Below are positions 9,598-20,168 of a stretch of 50,854 nt of DNA, in pieces. How positions within the stretch are numbered: position 1 is the stretch's first letter; each line of letters starts with the position of its first letter. Both the position numbers and the translations under genes were made by a program. The DNA is from an uncultured Alphaproteobacteria bacterium (GTDB lineage: Bacteria; Pseudomonadota; Alphaproteobacteria; UBA9655): contig CAJQNC010000025.1 in NCBI GenBank assembly GCA_905479605.1, positions 1 through 50,854 on the forward strand, given 5' to 3'. The notes beneath the pieces are model-generated. The model ran no database searches, was not told the DNA's origin, and worked only from the letters and a program-made list of their open reading frames with translations.

Positions 9598-10320
9598 ATG
9601 CCTATCATTCGATCAACATTATTTAATTTAGCTTTTTATACCTGGGGCGTTGTGGCGTCTGTTGTGTTCTCACCAACACTATTAATTTCAAGAAGAGCTA
9701 CATATTTCAGTAATCAGATTTGGATCAAAGGTGTTTTCTTTTTGATGCGTACAATTATGGATCTAAAAGTAGAAATACAAGGTGTAAAAAACCAGCTCTC
9801 CCCTCCTGTAATTTATGCCTCTAAGCACCAATCGGCTTTGGAGACTATGCTTTTTCATTATGTGCTCAACGATCCCGCTGTTGTTTTAAAGAGGGAGTTG
9901 ATGTGGATTCCCTTTTTCGGGTGGTACTTTAAGAAGTTGGGAATGATTCCCATAGCCAGAGAAAAAAATAAGGGCACAAGCAGCCTTAGAAAAATGTTAA
10001 AAGTGTGTAAGATTGCTGTAGACAATGATCAACCTATCGTTATTTTTCCAGAGGGAACTCGATCTTCACCTGATCAGCCAGGACAGTACCAGTCGGGTGT
10101 CGCTAGCATTTATAAACACCTTGATATTCCTGTCGTGCCTGTAGCATTGAACTCAGGATGTTATTGGCCTCGTCGCTGCTTTTTAAAGCGTCCTGGTGTG
10201 GTCACAATCCAGTTTCTTGATTCAATTCCTCCAGGCCTACCGAGACAAGAGTTTATGTCTGTGTTACAATCCCGTATAGAAACAGCATCCCAAGCCCTTA
10301 ATAATGTGAGGCAACAATGA
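9598..10320 (+). CDS. plsC: 1-acyl-sn-glycerol-3-phosphate (lysophospholipid) acyltransferase
   Basis: The HQSALE block (HX4D/E variant) and the FPEGTRS block. Confidence 0.8.
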   Translation: MPIIRSTLFNLAFYTWGVVASVVFSPTLLISRRATYFSNQIWIKGVFFLMRTIMDLKVEIQGVKNQLSPPVIYASKHQSALETMLFHYVLNDPAVVLKRELMWIPFFGWYFKKLGMIPIAREKNKGTSSLRKMLKVCKIAVDNDQPIVIFPEGTRSSPDQPGQYQSGVASIYKHLDIPVVPVALNSGCYWPRRCFLKRPGVVTIQFLDSIPPGLPRQEFMSVLQSRIETASQALNNVRQQ

Positions 10321-11372
10321 TTTGGAATAAAAAAACAATAGGCGGGCTTCTCATGCTTGTTCCGCTTCTTATCGTGCTCACATGGTGGGGAGTCTATGAA
10401 TATGGCGTTCGGCAGCTTGAAGCTTCAGTTGAAAAGTTCACAGAAAAACTTCTTCAAAAGGGGTATAAGGTAACTTATGGGAACCTATCATTTTCTGGCA
10501 CACCTGTCCTTATGCATATGAATTGGGAAAATCTACAAGTGCAAGATACGTCGGGAACCTATCAGTTCACCATACCTCATCTTGAGTTTACCGCTCGTCC
10601 CTGGGATTATACCAACATCACTTTTCAAGCTGAGAAGGGTATGACTATTGTGGCTACGCTGTTAAATCGGTTTAAATGGTCTGAAATAGGCACAGGCAAT
10701 GTGGAAGGAAGTTTTCAGCTAAATCAAGATTCTAAAGTGCATGAATTCCAATTCTATACCGAAAATGTTCAACCAAAAATTCTAGATACGAATGCCCCTC
10801 TTCGCTTTGATGTTCTTCAAGGAGAATTCTTCAGCGTTCAAGATCCATTGGCTATGAGCGGAAATCTTCTTATGAGGATTAAAGGTGTAGATGAGTCTAT
10901 TGGTATAAAAAACTTTGATTACCCTCTTAAACTTGGCCTTGAATTTACACTGTCGGGTATTCAGGATAATAGTTCTCTCTCAGACCTTGAGCAGTGGAGT
11001 CGAGCAGGGGGCTTTATTGAATTTAAAGACGTTGACGTTGACTGGGAACTTCTTAAGATTAATGGAGAGGGGTCACTGACTTTTGATGAAAAAATGCGAC
11101 CACTTGGAGCCTTCAGCCTTATCTTCCAAGAGTATGATACGACGCTTTCAATGTTGGTCGAAGCCGGTTACCTCAAGAAAAAAAGCGCTGATTCTATATC
11201 GTTTGTTTTGCATCTCATTGAAGGAAAGCCTGCTTTAGGTAAAAAAGAAGTTGCGATACCTGTCACACTGCAAAATGGGTATGGACGCGTTGGCCCTGTA
11301 AAGCTGTTTAAACTTTATCCTATTGAACCCAAAAATAGCCCGATGAGTTTGCCGCAGCCACCTGTCAATTAA
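10317..11372 (+). CDS. Membrane-anchored hypothetical protein, DUF2125-like
   Basis: One N-terminal TM helix followed by a 330-aa soluble region. Size, context and the N-terminal pattern resemble alphaproteobacterial DUF2125. This rests on pattern-level recall only. Confidence 0.4.
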   Translation: MIWNKKTIGGLLMLVPLLIVLTWWGVYEYGVRQLEASVEKFTEKLLQKGYKVTYGNLSFSGTPVLMHMNWENLQVQDTSGTYQFTIPHLEFTARPWDYTNITFQAEKGMTIVATLLNRFKWSEIGTGNVEGSFQLNQDSKVHEFQFYTENVQPKILDTNAPLRFDVLQGEFFSVQDPLAMSGNLLMRIKGVDESIGIKNFDYPLKLGLEFTLSGIQDNSSLSDLEQWSRAGGFIEFKDVDVDWELLKINGEGSLTFDEKMRPLGAFSLIFQEYDTTLSMLVEAGYLKKKSADSISFVLHLIEGKPALGKKEVAIPVTLQNGYGRVGPVKLFKLYPIEPKNSPMSLPQPPVN

Positions 11373-12091
11373 AGAACGTTCTTCAGGAAGTCTTGGGCTC
11401 TTTTGCTCTTTGGTGATTTGAAGAATTCCTTGGCGGGACTATCTTCTTGGATTTTGCCCTCATCGATAAACCACACCCTGTCAGCAACTTCACGGGCAAA
11501 TCCCATTTCATGGGTAACGATGACCATAGTAATCCCTGTGTGAGCCAAGGATTTAATAACACCCAGCACTTCTTTAACCATTTCAGGATCGAGGGCTGAT
11601 GTAGGCTCGTCAAATAGGATTGCCTCAGGTTCCATAGCCAAGGCGCGGGCTATAGCTGCTCTTTGCTTTTGGCCACCAGAAAGGTTTGAGGGGTGTGTAT
11701 CTGCTTTATCCCCTAGTCCCACCTTTTCGAGCAATTTGCGGGCCTGCTCTTCCGCTACCTTGCGTTTAATACCCTTCACCTTGATAGGGGCATAAGCCAC
11801 GTTTTGAAGAGTTGACATGTGGGGGAAGAGATTGAAATGCTGGAATACCATGCCAACTTTTTTACGAACTTTCGTAATCTTCACACGACCTTCATTGATG
11901 CACTCGTTATCAATCAGGACTCGCCCAGATGTGGGAATCTCCATTAAATTAATGCACCGTAAAAGCGTAGACTTTCCTGAGCCAGAGGGACCAATGACAG
12001 AGACAACTTCCCCTTGGGAAATCTCAGCAGATACTCCGCGGATGACGTCAAGGGGGCCAAAGATTTTTGTGATATTCTCTAACTTGATCAT
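11369..12091 (-). CDS. Polar amino-acid ABC transporter ATP-binding protein
   Basis: Walker A (GPSGSGKST), signature (LSGGQKQR), Walker B ([11 protein letters not shown]). GlnQ/HisP-like. Confidence 0.92.
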   Translation of the reverse strand: MIKLENITKIFGPLDVIRGVSAEISQGEVVSVIGPSGSGKSTLLRCINLMEIPTSGRVLIDNECINEGRVKITKVRKKVGMVFQHFNLFPHMSTLQNVAYAPIKVKGIKRKVAEEQARKLLEKVGLGDKADTHPSNLSGGQKQRAAIARALAMEPEAILFDEPTSALDPEMVKEVLGVIKSLAHTGITMVIVTHEMGFAREVADRVWFIDEGKIQEDSPAKEFFKSPKSKRAQDFLKNVL

Positions 12092-13506
12092 GGTAGCCTC
12101 AGCTTCCGTTCAAGCAGTTTGGCTCCACTGGCCACAATCATCACGATCGTGTAGTAGAGGGCACCTGCAGTAAGAAGAGGTTCAAAGTAACCAAAGTTTG
12201 CAACGCCAACGCTGGTCGCCCGTTTGAGGATATCTGGTGCTCCGATTACAGAAATCAAAGCAGACTCTTTGAGCAGAGTAATCGATTCGTTGGTTAGAGA
12301 TGGCAGCATCTTGCGGAAGGCTTGTGGCAAAATGATGTCATACATCGCTCGGATATAGGATACACCTAATGATTTTGCTGCCTCCATTTGGCCTGTATCT
12401 ACCGCTTGTATTCCCCCACGCATGATTTCTGAAATGTAAGCACCTGAGTTTAGTGAAAATGTGAGAATTCCTGCTTGCCAGAGGGTAAGCTCAACTGGCA
12501 AAGCGAACCAAACGATCCAAAGTTGAAGTAGCAAAGGTGTTCCACGGAAAACAGAGGTATATCCAGCAGCAAACCAATTGAGTGGCTTAATTTCGCCCAC
12601 TTTGAATAAAGCGAGAATCCCTCCCCAGATAAACCCACAAATAATTGAAGCTATTGTAAAACCCAGAGTGATGGGGATACCCCCCAAAATATAGGTCACA
12701 TCTGCCCAGGAAAAATCGAAATCTTCAATATACCCCCCCTCAAGCCACTTGCTAACGAGCTGATCAATTTGGCCACTGGACTTGAGATTCTCAAGAGCTT
12801 GATTAACCTCTCCAATAAGAGGAGATCCTTTTGGAAATACGATAAAATAAGATTCTCTCCCAATATCATCTAGAACAGTAAATTCGAGATCGGGGGTTGC
12901 TGTAACGATCTTCTTAGCAACAACTTCTTCAGTCATAACAGCATCAGCACGCCCTTTTTTTAAGTCGAGAATAAGTTCCGGTAACTTGTTGAGTGAGTAA
13001 ACTTTCATCCCTGGGAGTGAACCTGCCAGCTCTTGAGACTTAGTTTCGTGAGTGCTTCCTAGCTGAGTTCCTATTGTCATATTCGCCAGGTCTTTGTGGC
13101 TATTGACAGTGGTGCCTTGCTTAGTAACTACTGCAAAATTATAAGAGTGATAGGGATCTGAGAAGTCTACACTTTGTCGGCGCCTCTCTGTGGCGGCAAA
13201 GCCTGAGATAGCCATATCTGCCCGTTTGGATTGAATCCCAGGAATTATGGCTGAGAAGTCTACTTCAACGATCTTGATCTCACGGCCAAGTTGCTCTCCC
13301 ACCTTATTTATAAGGTCTATGTCAAATCCTAAAACACCATCCCCCCCTATACCTGTGTCTTTGAATTCGAAGGGGGGATTGTCGGGTGAAACCATAACTA
13401 TGAGCGGCTTTTCACAATTGTCCACATTCTCTTTTTGGCAAGCGACCAAAAAAAGGCACACAACTAATGCCAACAAACTCTTTAATTTTATAGTGAAAGT
13501 GCCCAT
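12088..13506 (-). CDS. Fused substrate-binding lipoprotein + permease of a polar amino-acid ABC transporter
   Basis: The N-terminus has a lipobox signal ([23 protein letters not shown]|Q). A family-3 SBP domain follows, then a His/Glu/Gln/Arg-type permease with an EAA loop (EAAKSLGVS..). I chose the start at M39 of the ORF-track product. Confidence 0.85.
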   Translation of the reverse strand: MGTFTIKLKSLLALVVCLFLVACQKENVDNCEKPLIVMVSPDNPPFEFKDTGIGGDGVLGFDIDLINKVGEQLGREIKIVEVDFSAIIPGIQSKRADMAISGFAATERRRQSVDFSDPYHSYNFAVVTKQGTTVNSHKDLANMTIGTQLGSTHETKSQELAGSLPGMKVYSLNKLPELILDLKKGRADAVMTEEVVAKKIVTATPDLEFTVLDDIGRESYFIVFPKGSPLIGEVNQALENLKSSGQIDQLVSKWLEGGYIEDFDFSWADVTYILGGIPITLGFTIASIICGFIWGGILALFKVGEIKPLNWFAAGYTSVFRGTPLLLQLWIVWFALPVELTLWQAGILTFSLNSGAYISEIMRGGIQAVDTGQMEAAKSLGVSYIRAMYDIILPQAFRKMLPSLTNESITLLKESALISVIGAPDILKRATSVGVANFGYFEPLLTAGALYYTIVMIVASGAKLLERKLRLP

Positions 13507-13659
13507 GTTTTTGTATGTAAAGTGAGTATATTTCAATTCCTTTAAGGCCCCATTTGTAATAGTTCTCAAAGGTGACTGCAAGGAAATTGTAACAGGCTCT
13601 ACTTCAAAAAATAAAATCAAGACGACTTACCACGCTCCTCGGGGCTTAGGTGAGCATGA

Positions 13660-13772
13660 GCGAAGCGAGCATAGCGAACCTTAGCACCCGGGGTCCATGG
13701 CGAATCAAAACCAATATCTGTTATGGTTCGAGATGGATCCTGTATAGCCTATTCGCCAAATGCTCACTTCGT
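13660..13772 (-). promoter_or_regulatory. Candidate structured RNA element in the roughly 415-nt leader of the ABC transporter
   Basis: A 12-bp long-range helix pairs 13661-13672 with 13760-13771. Its one non-Watson-Crick position is C/A on the + strand but G.U on the - strand. It encloses nested helices GGCGAAT/ATTCGCC (13699-13705/13751-13757) and AACCA/TGGTT (13709-13713/13724-13728). I recognised no family. Confidence 0.3.
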
Positions 13773-13922
13773 CCGCAGGGTCATATGGCTTCCGGGAAAC
13801 GTATTGATGTGGTTCAAGGAGGAGAACAGCACTATTCACTTTTTTATCTCTCACAAATCTTTATTTAGCCTATGTTTTGTGAGTTTGATATTAATATTTG
13901 GTATAATTTCGAATTGCAGAAA

Positions 13923-14429
13923 TTATTTTATCCGCTTCAGATGTACGTAATAAGCACCGGCTCCGCCGTCCTTTTGGAGTGCTTGCTGGTATCCTCGAAC
14001 ATACTTTGAGAAAAGGGGACCTTCAAGCCAGCGAGGGACTTGAACCCTCAGTGTTTGGTCAGAGCCAAGCGAGCCCTTTCCTGTGATGACAAGTACTGTC
14101 CGTTTCTCTTGATCTTGTGCTTTACATATAAAGCTCAACAATTCATGCCAAGCTTCGTCATGGGTGTGGCCATGAAGATCGATCTGCGCTTCAGTCTTTT
14201 GTTTTCTTAACGCTTGGCGACTTTTTATTTCAAAAGAACCTTGAAAAGGTTTTGTAGCCTCTTGAAATGAAGGTTTGGGCGCCGAAGCATCCCTCTTTTC
14301 TGCGGGTGTTTTGACTTCAGAAGGTTTTTGAGCAGGTTTGTCAAGGGGTGTAACGTCCTGTGTGTTCAGCCACCAAAGGTGAAGATCTTCTGTGCTGGGT
14401 TCACGCTTCTTCCTCATCTTCTTCCTCAA
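13923..14429 (-). CDS. Smr-domain protein
   Basis: C-terminal Smr domain: IDLHGHTHDEAW.., VLVITGKG.., ..GGAGAYYVHLKR. Confidence 0.8.
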   Translation of the reverse strand: MRKKMRKKREPSTEDLHLWWLNTQDVTPLDKPAQKPSEVKTPAEKRDASAPKPSFQEATKPFQGSFEIKSRQALRKQKTEAQIDLHGHTHDEAWHELLSFICKAQDQEKRTVLVITGKGSLGSDQTLRVQVPRWLEGPLFSKYVRGYQQALQKDGGAGAYYVHLKRIK

Positions 14430-15030
14430 AATCAGCCTGTGTGGACGTCACTGTCCAGTTGGGGTTAGGAGAGCTCTTCTCATGGGTAAATGTCCAGATA
14501 TCTGTAATCTCATGGAACTGTTCTGGGTTGCCAGAGAGGATCTTTCCCTTTTTATCATAAGTTATTGAGCATTGCTCTGAAATGAATTTTACGGTGATCT
14601 CCATCAGCACATCTGACTCAATCTCTTTCACAACCTCTGCTTGAACGATGCGCGCAACTTCAAGCTCTAAGGTTTGTTTAGCTTTTTCTCGGTCATCAAT
14701 GGCTTTAACAAAACTGTCATAGACGTCTTTGGAAAGGAGTTTTTTGAGATTGGTTTTGTCTCCTTCAGCAAAAGCAATCACAATCATACGGAATGCGACT
14801 TCAGCTTCTTCAATAAACTCGATGCGATTGAAAGTGTAGAAAGATTCTTCCTCCTCATCAAAAACTTGATGCCGTTGAGTGGGGCGAACGGGTATATCTG
14901 CTTCCTCATTAAGAAGCTGTCCTTTTGGCTTAACAGGTTTGTCTGGGTCATGAGTACCCAAGATGCTCCAAAGTCTATAGCCTAAAAAGGCCGCGACAGC
15001 TGCGAGGATGAGTATATCAATGTAAGCCAT
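14401..15030 (-). CDS. Tim44-like domain protein (alphaproteobacterial Tim44/TimA family)
   Basis: An N-terminal TM helix (MAYIDILILAAVAAFLGYRLWSILG) is followed by a Tim44-like C-terminal domain and an acidic tail. Confidence 0.75.
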   Translation of the reverse strand: MAYIDILILAAVAAFLGYRLWSILGTHDPDKPVKPKGQLLNEEADIPVRPTQRHQVFDEEEESFYTFNRIEFIEEAEVAFRMIVIAFAEGDKTNLKKLLSKDVYDSFVKAIDDREKAKQTLELEVARIVQAEVVKEIESDVLMEITVKFISEQCSITYDKKGKILSGNPEQFHEITDIWTFTHEKSSPNPNWTVTSTQADFEEEDEEEA

Positions 15031-15207
15031 TTGTTTTCCTGCTCTCAGTCTTTCGGAGGGGTTATTCTCCTAGTTTCTAAATTCCAAACGTTATAAAATA
15101 TGAACCATATCTCGTTTATAACGCTTTTTCGCCAATCTATCTATAAAATAACTTGCAAATTGTTAAAATTCAGTTATTGTTTCATTAATTATTAGAAACC
15201 TTTTCAA

Positions 15208-15233
15208 GAGGTGGGGCTGTGCTCCACCTTTTG
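15208..15233 (+). terminator. Intrinsic-terminator-like hairpin in the rimP-nusA leader (possible attenuator)
   Basis: GAGGTGGGGC-TGT-GCTCCACCTT forms an 8-10 bp stem with one G.U, followed by TTTT. It lies just upstream of the likely rimP start. Confidence 0.45.
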
Positions 15234-15251
15234 TGCATCTTAGGGGTGGTA

Positions 15252-15716
15252 GTGGATATTACTGAGAAGATCGAACGGACTATAGAGCCTTCTCTCGCTG
15301 ATATGGGGTATGAGGTTGTTCGGATTCAGATCCAAGGCGCGAAGCGTAAGACCTTACAGGTTATGATTGATCGCCTTGATGGGCAGCCTGTTACAATCAC
15401 GGACTGTACCCAGTCCAGCCACACTATTTCGGCACTTCTTGAAGTAGAAGATCCTCTCCAGGATGCCTATAACTTAGAAGTCAGCTCACCTGGAATGGAT
15501 CGCCCTTTGGTAAAGCTGAAAGACTTTGAGAGGTTTTCTGGTGAGAGTGTCCGGCTTGAGCTAAAGTTTCCCGTGGAGGGGCGCCGACGATTTCAAGGTC
15601 GCCTTGAAGGGGTAAAGGATGGAAAAGTGTTGATTCATACAGAAGATGAGTCAGCAATTTCTGAGTTTGAGTTTGAAGATATACAAAAAGCGAATATTCT
15701 ACCTAGCTACGAGTAG
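15252..15716 (+). CDS. rimP: Ribosome maturation factor RimP
   Basis: ..IERTIEPSLADMGYEVVRIQ.. and ..LEVSSPGMDRPL.. motifs. The start is uncertain: GTG at 15246 or 15252, while the ORF track gives 15219, inside the hairpin. Confidence 0.85.
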   Translation: MDITEKIERTIEPSLADMGYEVVRIQIQGAKRKTLQVMIDRLDGQPVTITDCTQSSHTISALLEVEDPLQDAYNLEVSSPGMDRPLVKLKDFERFSGESVRLELKFPVEGRRRFQGRLEGVKDGKVLIHTEDESAISEFEFEDIQKANILPSYE

Positions 15717-15727
15717 AGAGGAATAAA

Positions 15728-17251
15728 ATGACTGAACTAAACCTTGAGAATCAAGATTTGTTGCAAATCGCAGATATCGTTGCGAGGGAGAAATCTATCG
15801 CTCGTGACGAGGTCATCGAAGCTATGGAACAAGCTATCCAAAAAGCAGGTCGCTCCAAGTATGGTTATGATCACGATATTCGGGCTCACATTGACCGCAA
15901 AACTGGTCTTATTACCCTTAAGCGGTACCGGGAAGTTGTGGAAGAGATTGAAGATGAGATTACACAGCTGACTTTGGAAGAGGCTAAGTTGTTGGACCCC
16001 GATATTGATATTGGTGGTCATATTACCGAGGTCCTCCCTCCTATTGATTTCGGCCGTGTAGCGGCTCAGACAGCCAAGCAGGTTATTTACCAGAAGGTCC
16101 GAGATGCGGAACGTAGCCGTCAATTCGAAGAGTATAAGGATCGTGTAGGAGATATTGTTAGCGGTATCGTCAAGAGGATTGAGTTTGGCAATGTCATTGT
16201 TGAGCTTGGAAAAGCTGAGGCCTTGCTGCGTCGTGACGACATGATTCCAAGAGAAGCCTTCCGGACGGGTGATCGTATTCGGGCTTATGTTGAAGATGTT
16301 CGTGAAGAGGGCCGTGGGGCGCAAATTTTCTTATCTCGGGTTCACCCTGATTTCGTTGCAAAGTTGTTTGCCCAAGAAGTACCAGAAATTTACGATGGCA
16401 TTATCGAAATCAAGAAAGTGGCTCGGGATCCAGGAAGTCGCGCCAAGATTGCTGTTTATACCCCCGACACCAGTATCGATCCTATCGGAGCGTGTGTTGG
16501 TATGCGAGGTAGCCGCGTGCAGGCAGTGGTGGCCGAGCTACAAGGTGAGAAAATCGATATTATCCCCTGGACTTCAGATGTTGCTAATTTCGTGATCAGC
16601 GCTCTTCAGCCTGCTGAGGTGGCTAAGGTTGTCGTGGACGAAGACAGTAATCGCTTGGATATTGTGGTTCCAGAAGATCAACTTAGCTTGGCTATTGGGC
16701 GTCGCGGGCAGAATGTTCGTTTGGCCTCTGAGTTGGTGGGTTGGAAGATTGACATTCTTACTGAGTCTGAAGAATCTGATCGTCGTAACCAAGAGGTTCA
16801 GCAAAGGTCTGAATTGTTTGTCCAGGCTTTGGATGTAGATGAAGTCATTGCTCACCTTCTTGTGAATGAAGGTTTTGGAAAAATCGATGAAGTTGCTTTT
16901 GTAGAGCTCGCAGAGCTTGTCAGTATCGAAGGCTTTGATGAAGAATTAGCTGGTGAGTTGCAAGCTCGGGCACGCACATTCATGGAAGAGCGTGATAAAG
17001 CTCTTAACGAGAAAATTGCTAAATTCAAGATTTCTGAAGATTTAAAGAATTTCGAATTACTGGATCTTGAAATATTAGTTGCCCTGGGGGAAAATAAAGT
17101 GAAGACACTGGATGACCTTGCAGACTTGGCCGCTGATGAACTATTAGAGGTCTTGCCAGATGGTTGCATTGATGAGCATCAGGCTAACGATATTATTATG
17201 GCGGCTCGTGCTCATTGGTTTGAGGAAGAGCAGGAAGAAGAATCTAAGTAA
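15728..17251 (+). CDS. nusA: Transcription termination/antitermination factor NusA
   Basis: S1 and two KH domains plus a C-terminal acidic repeat region. 507 aa. Confidence 0.95.
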   Translation: MTELNLENQDLLQIADIVAREKSIARDEVIEAMEQAIQKAGRSKYGYDHDIRAHIDRKTGLITLKRYREVVEEIEDEITQLTLEEAKLLDPDIDIGGHITEVLPPIDFGRVAAQTAKQVIYQKVRDAERSRQFEEYKDRVGDIVSGIVKRIEFGNVIVELGKAEALLRRDDMIPREAFRTGDRIRAYVEDVREEGRGAQIFLSRVHPDFVAKLFAQEVPEIYDGIIEIKKVARDPGSRAKIAVYTPDTSIDPIGACVGMRGSRVQAVVAELQGEKIDIIPWTSDVANFVISALQPAEVAKVVVDEDSNRLDIVVPEDQLSLAIGRRGQNVRLASELVGWKIDILTESEESDRRNQEVQQRSELFVQALDVDEVIAHLLVNEGFGKIDEVAFVELAELVSIEGFDEELAGELQARARTFMEERDKALNEKIAKFKISEDLKNFELLDLEILVALGENKVKTLDDLADLAADELLEVLPDGCIDEHQANDIIMAARAHWFEEEQEEESK

Positions 17252-17274
17252 TTTAGATAGAATTGTAGGTTGCT

Positions 17275-19752
17275 ATGTCAGAAACAGATCAAGATAAGAC
17301 GAAGAAGTCCTTAACGCTGTCTTCAAAGACTTTGGGATTAAAAAAACCTTCTGAGAGGGGGAGTCCTCGCGCGTCCACAGGGCAATCGAAGCCTGTGACC
17401 GTGCATGTAAAGAAAAAACGGGTTATATCTAGAGGTTCCGGTTCTCAATCTTCTAACGCAGGGGCCGGAACGCAAACAACCTCTTCTGGTTTGACAAAGG
17501 AACAGCTTACTGAGCGTATGCAAACCCTCAAGGGTGCGATGAAGGTCAATGCAGAAAAAGCAGAAAAAGTTAGTTCAGAGACATTTATCAAGAAGAAAGA
17601 TGAAAACGTTGAGGCAACAAAAGAGGAAGTTGTAGAGACAGAAGTAGCTGTGGAAGCTAAAGCAACTCCTGAGGAGCCTAAAGTTGAACCACAGTTGGCT
17701 CCTGGTGAGCCAATTGTTGAAAAAAGCCTAGAGGCGAAGAAGAGTAAAGCAAAAGTATACTCATCCTATGGGCCCAGTAAAGAAGAAGAGTCGAGTAAGT
17801 CTAATGCTCGACCTGAGCAAAAACGTACTCCTCCTCGTTCCGATGAAAGGCGACGTTCTGGTCGTTTGACCATCTCCCAAGCTCTGCAGCAAACCGGGGA
17901 AGAAGACGTAGTTAAAGCTCGAAGTTTGGCATCAATTCGCCGTTTGCAAGAGAAAAAGCGGTTGAAGTCTGCCGGTGAAGTGACAGAGCAAAAGAAACTT
18001 GTTCGTGAAGTTATTATTCCCGAAACCATTATGGTAAGTGAGCTTGCAAACCGTTTGGCAACGCGAGGAACCGATGTAATCAAAGTTCTCATGAAGATGG
18101 ATGTCATGGTTACTATGAGCCAAATCATTGATGCTGATACTTCAGAGTTAGTGGTAGAAGAGTTTGGTCACAAATCAAAGCGCGTTTCAGAATCAGATAT
18201 CGAGCTAGGTTTAAAAATTGAGGATGATGATACATCTAAGATGAAGCAACGAGCACCCGTTGTCACTATAATGGGTCACGTGGATCACGGTAAAACGTCT
18301 TTGTTGGATGCCATTAGGAAAACCAATGTGGTTTCTGGAGAGTCCGGTGGTATTACCCAACATATTGGTGCGTACCAGATCGAGGTTCCTTCTGGAGGAA
18401 AAATTACCTTTATTGATACACCTGGTCACGCAGCTTTCACAGAAATGCGAGCGCGCGGTGCCAATGTCACCGATATAGTAATCCTTGTAGTTGCAGCTGA
18501 TGATGGGGTGAAAGATCAAACCATCGAAGCTATTCGTCACGCCAGGGCTGCTGAGGTTCCTATTATTTTGGCTATTAACAAGATTGATAAGCCTGAAGCT
18601 AATCCAGATCGAGTAAGAAACATGCTCCTAGAGCATGAGTTGGTTTGTGAAAGCATGGGTGGTGATATCCAGGATATAGAAGTTTCTGCAGTAACTGGGC
18701 AGGGATTGGATAAGCTGGAAGAGGGTATTTTGCTGCAGGCTGAAATACTAGAATTAAAAGCCAACCCTGATCGTAGCGCGGATGGGGTTATTGTTGAATC
18801 CAAGCTTGAAAAAGGTCGCGGTTCTGTGGCGACTGTGTTGGTGCAAAAGGGGACTTTGAAAGTTGGTGATTTGTTTGTTGCCGGTTCACAATTCGGAAAA
18901 GTCCGAGCTCTTCTTAATGATCAAGGTAAAAACATCACAGAGGCTGGCCCATCAGTGCCGGTGGAGGTTATTGGGTTTAATGGCACGCCTCTGGCAGGTG
19001 ACGACTTTATCGTCTCTGATAATGAAGCAAAAACTAGGGAAGTCGCCGAATACCGTCAGCGCAAAGACAGAGACCGTAAAACAGCTGTTTCTGTAAAAAC
19101 CATGGATCAGATATTCTCCAATATTGAGGCAGGAGAGGTGCAGGAGCTACCTGTTATTATCAAATCTGATGTTCAAGGGTCAATGGAAGCGATTTCAGGT
19201 AGTTTGAACAAGCTGTCTACTGACGAAGTAAAAGTCAATATTCTGCATGCTGCAGTGGGTGGTATTACGGAAAGTGATATTGCCCTTGCCAATGCCTCTC
19301 AGGCTGTTGTTATCGGCTTTAATGTTCGTGCCAATGCGCAAGCACGAGAGATGGCTCAACGAGATGGCATTGAAATCCGCTATTATTCCATCATTTATGA
19401 TGTGATTGATGATATCAAGGATGCTATGAGTGGCCTTCTATCCCCATTAGTACGTGAAGAATATATTGGTAACGCCGAAATTCGACAGGTTTTCAATGTT
19501 TCCAAGATAGGCAAGATTGCTGGTTGTATGGTGACCGTGGGGCAGGTCAAGCGAGGTGCTGGAGTCCGCTTATTGCGTGATGATGTGGTGATTCATGAAG
19601 GAAAACTCAAGACATTGAAGCGCTTTAAAGATGAAGTGAAGGAAGTGAAAGAAGGCTTTGAGTGTGGTATGGCTTTTGAAAACTATAATGATATCAAAGA
19701 AGGCGATGTCATTGAGTGTTACGAAGTCATCGAAGAAAGCCGATCCTTGTAA
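17275..19752 (+). CDS. infB: Translation initiation factor IF-2
   Basis: GTPase motifs [21 protein letters not shown]. 825 aa. Confidence 0.96.
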   Translation: MSETDQDKTKKSLTLSSKTLGLKKPSERGSPRASTGQSKPVTVHVKKKRVISRGSGSQSSNAGAGTQTTSSGLTKEQLTERMQTLKGAMKVNAEKAEKVSSETFIKKKDENVEATKEEVVETEVAVEAKATPEEPKVEPQLAPGEPIVEKSLEAKKSKAKVYSSYGPSKEEESSKSNARPEQKRTPPRSDERRRSGRLTISQALQQTGEEDVVKARSLASIRRLQEKKRLKSAGEVTEQKKLVREVIIPETIMVSELANRLATRGTDVIKVLMKMDVMVTMSQIIDADTSELVVEEFGHKSKRVSESDIELGLKIEDDDTSKMKQRAPVVTIMGHVDHGKTSLLDAIRKTNVVSGESGGITQHIGAYQIEVPSGGKITFIDTPGHAAFTEMRARGANVTDIVILVVAADDGVKDQTIEAIRHARAAEVPIILAINKIDKPEANPDRVRNMLLEHELVCESMGGDIQDIEVSAVTGQGLDKLEEGILLQAEILELKANPDRSADGVIVESKLEKGRGSVATVLVQKGTLKVGDLFVAGSQFGKVRALLNDQGKNITEAGPSVPVEVIGFNGTPLAGDDFIVSDNEAKTREVAEYRQRKDRDRKTAVSVKTMDQIFSNIEAGEVQELPVIIKSDVQGSMEAISGSLNKLSTDEVKVNILHAAVGGITESDIALANASQAVVIGFNVRANAQAREMAQRDGIEIRYYSIIYDVIDDIKDAMSGLLSPLVREEYIGNAEIRQVFNVSKIGKIAGCMVTVGQVKRGAGVRLLRDDVVIHEGKLKTLKRFKDEVKEVKEGFECGMAFENYNDIKEGDVIECYEVIEESRSL

Positions 19753-19775
19753 GTGTTTGAGAAAGTTTTGGTTTC

Positions 19776-20168
19776 ATGAAATACTCTAAACCCCCTTCGC
19801 AGCGTCAACTTCGTGTTGCAGAAGAGGTTCGTCACATTTTGGCTGAGGTGTTTAAACGTGGCACCAGTGGATCTGCACTTCTCGACTGTAGTTCCATTAT
19901 GGTTACCGAAGTTCGCCTTAGTCCTGATTTGCGGAATGGAACGGCTTTTGTGATGTCACTGGGTGGCCTAAAGCTTGATGAAATCATTGAGGAGCTTCAG
20001 GCTCACCGCAATTACTTTTCTCATGAAGTAGCGCAACGTTTGACCACTAAAATGACTCCTCGGCTTAATTTTAAGCCAGATGAATCATTCGATGAAGTTC
20101 AGAAAATCGGTGACCTATTGAGGAATCCCAAAGTTGTTCGTGACTTGCAGCGCGCTGAGGATGAATGA
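19776..20168 (+). CDS. rbfA: Ribosome-binding factor A
   Basis: QRQLRVAEEVRHILAEVF.. and ..VTEVRLSPDLR.. motifs. Confidence 0.9.
   Translation: MKYSKPPSQRQLRVAEEVRHILAEVFKRGTSGSALLDCSSIMVTEVRLSPDLRNGTAFVMSLGGLKLDEIIEELQAHRNYFSHEVAQRLTTKMTPRLNFKPDESFDEVQKIGDLLRNPKVVRDLQRAEDE

Noticed and set aside
13640-13900. Possibility that the structured intergenic region is tmRNA (two-piece alphaproteobacterial ssrA), SRP/4.5S RNA, RNase P RNA or 6S RNA.
   Set aside because: It has no tRNA-like T-arm/ACCA end and no GGGG..UUCGAC 5' motif. The only AN-initiated mini-frame (ANQNQYLLWFEMDPV*) lacks the usual ..AA tag end. I saw no GGAAGCAGC SRP helix-8 motif and no GGAAAGUCC RNase P P4 motif. The nested helices do not fit the single long 6S hairpin.
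13650-13950. ORF-track entries of 72 aa and 75 aa on the + strand in the smr/ABC intergenic region.
   Set aside because: They have no Shine-Dalgarno and their composition follows the GC-rich repeat/hairpin sequence. They overlap each other and the smr 3' end, so the region is better explained as non-coding leader.
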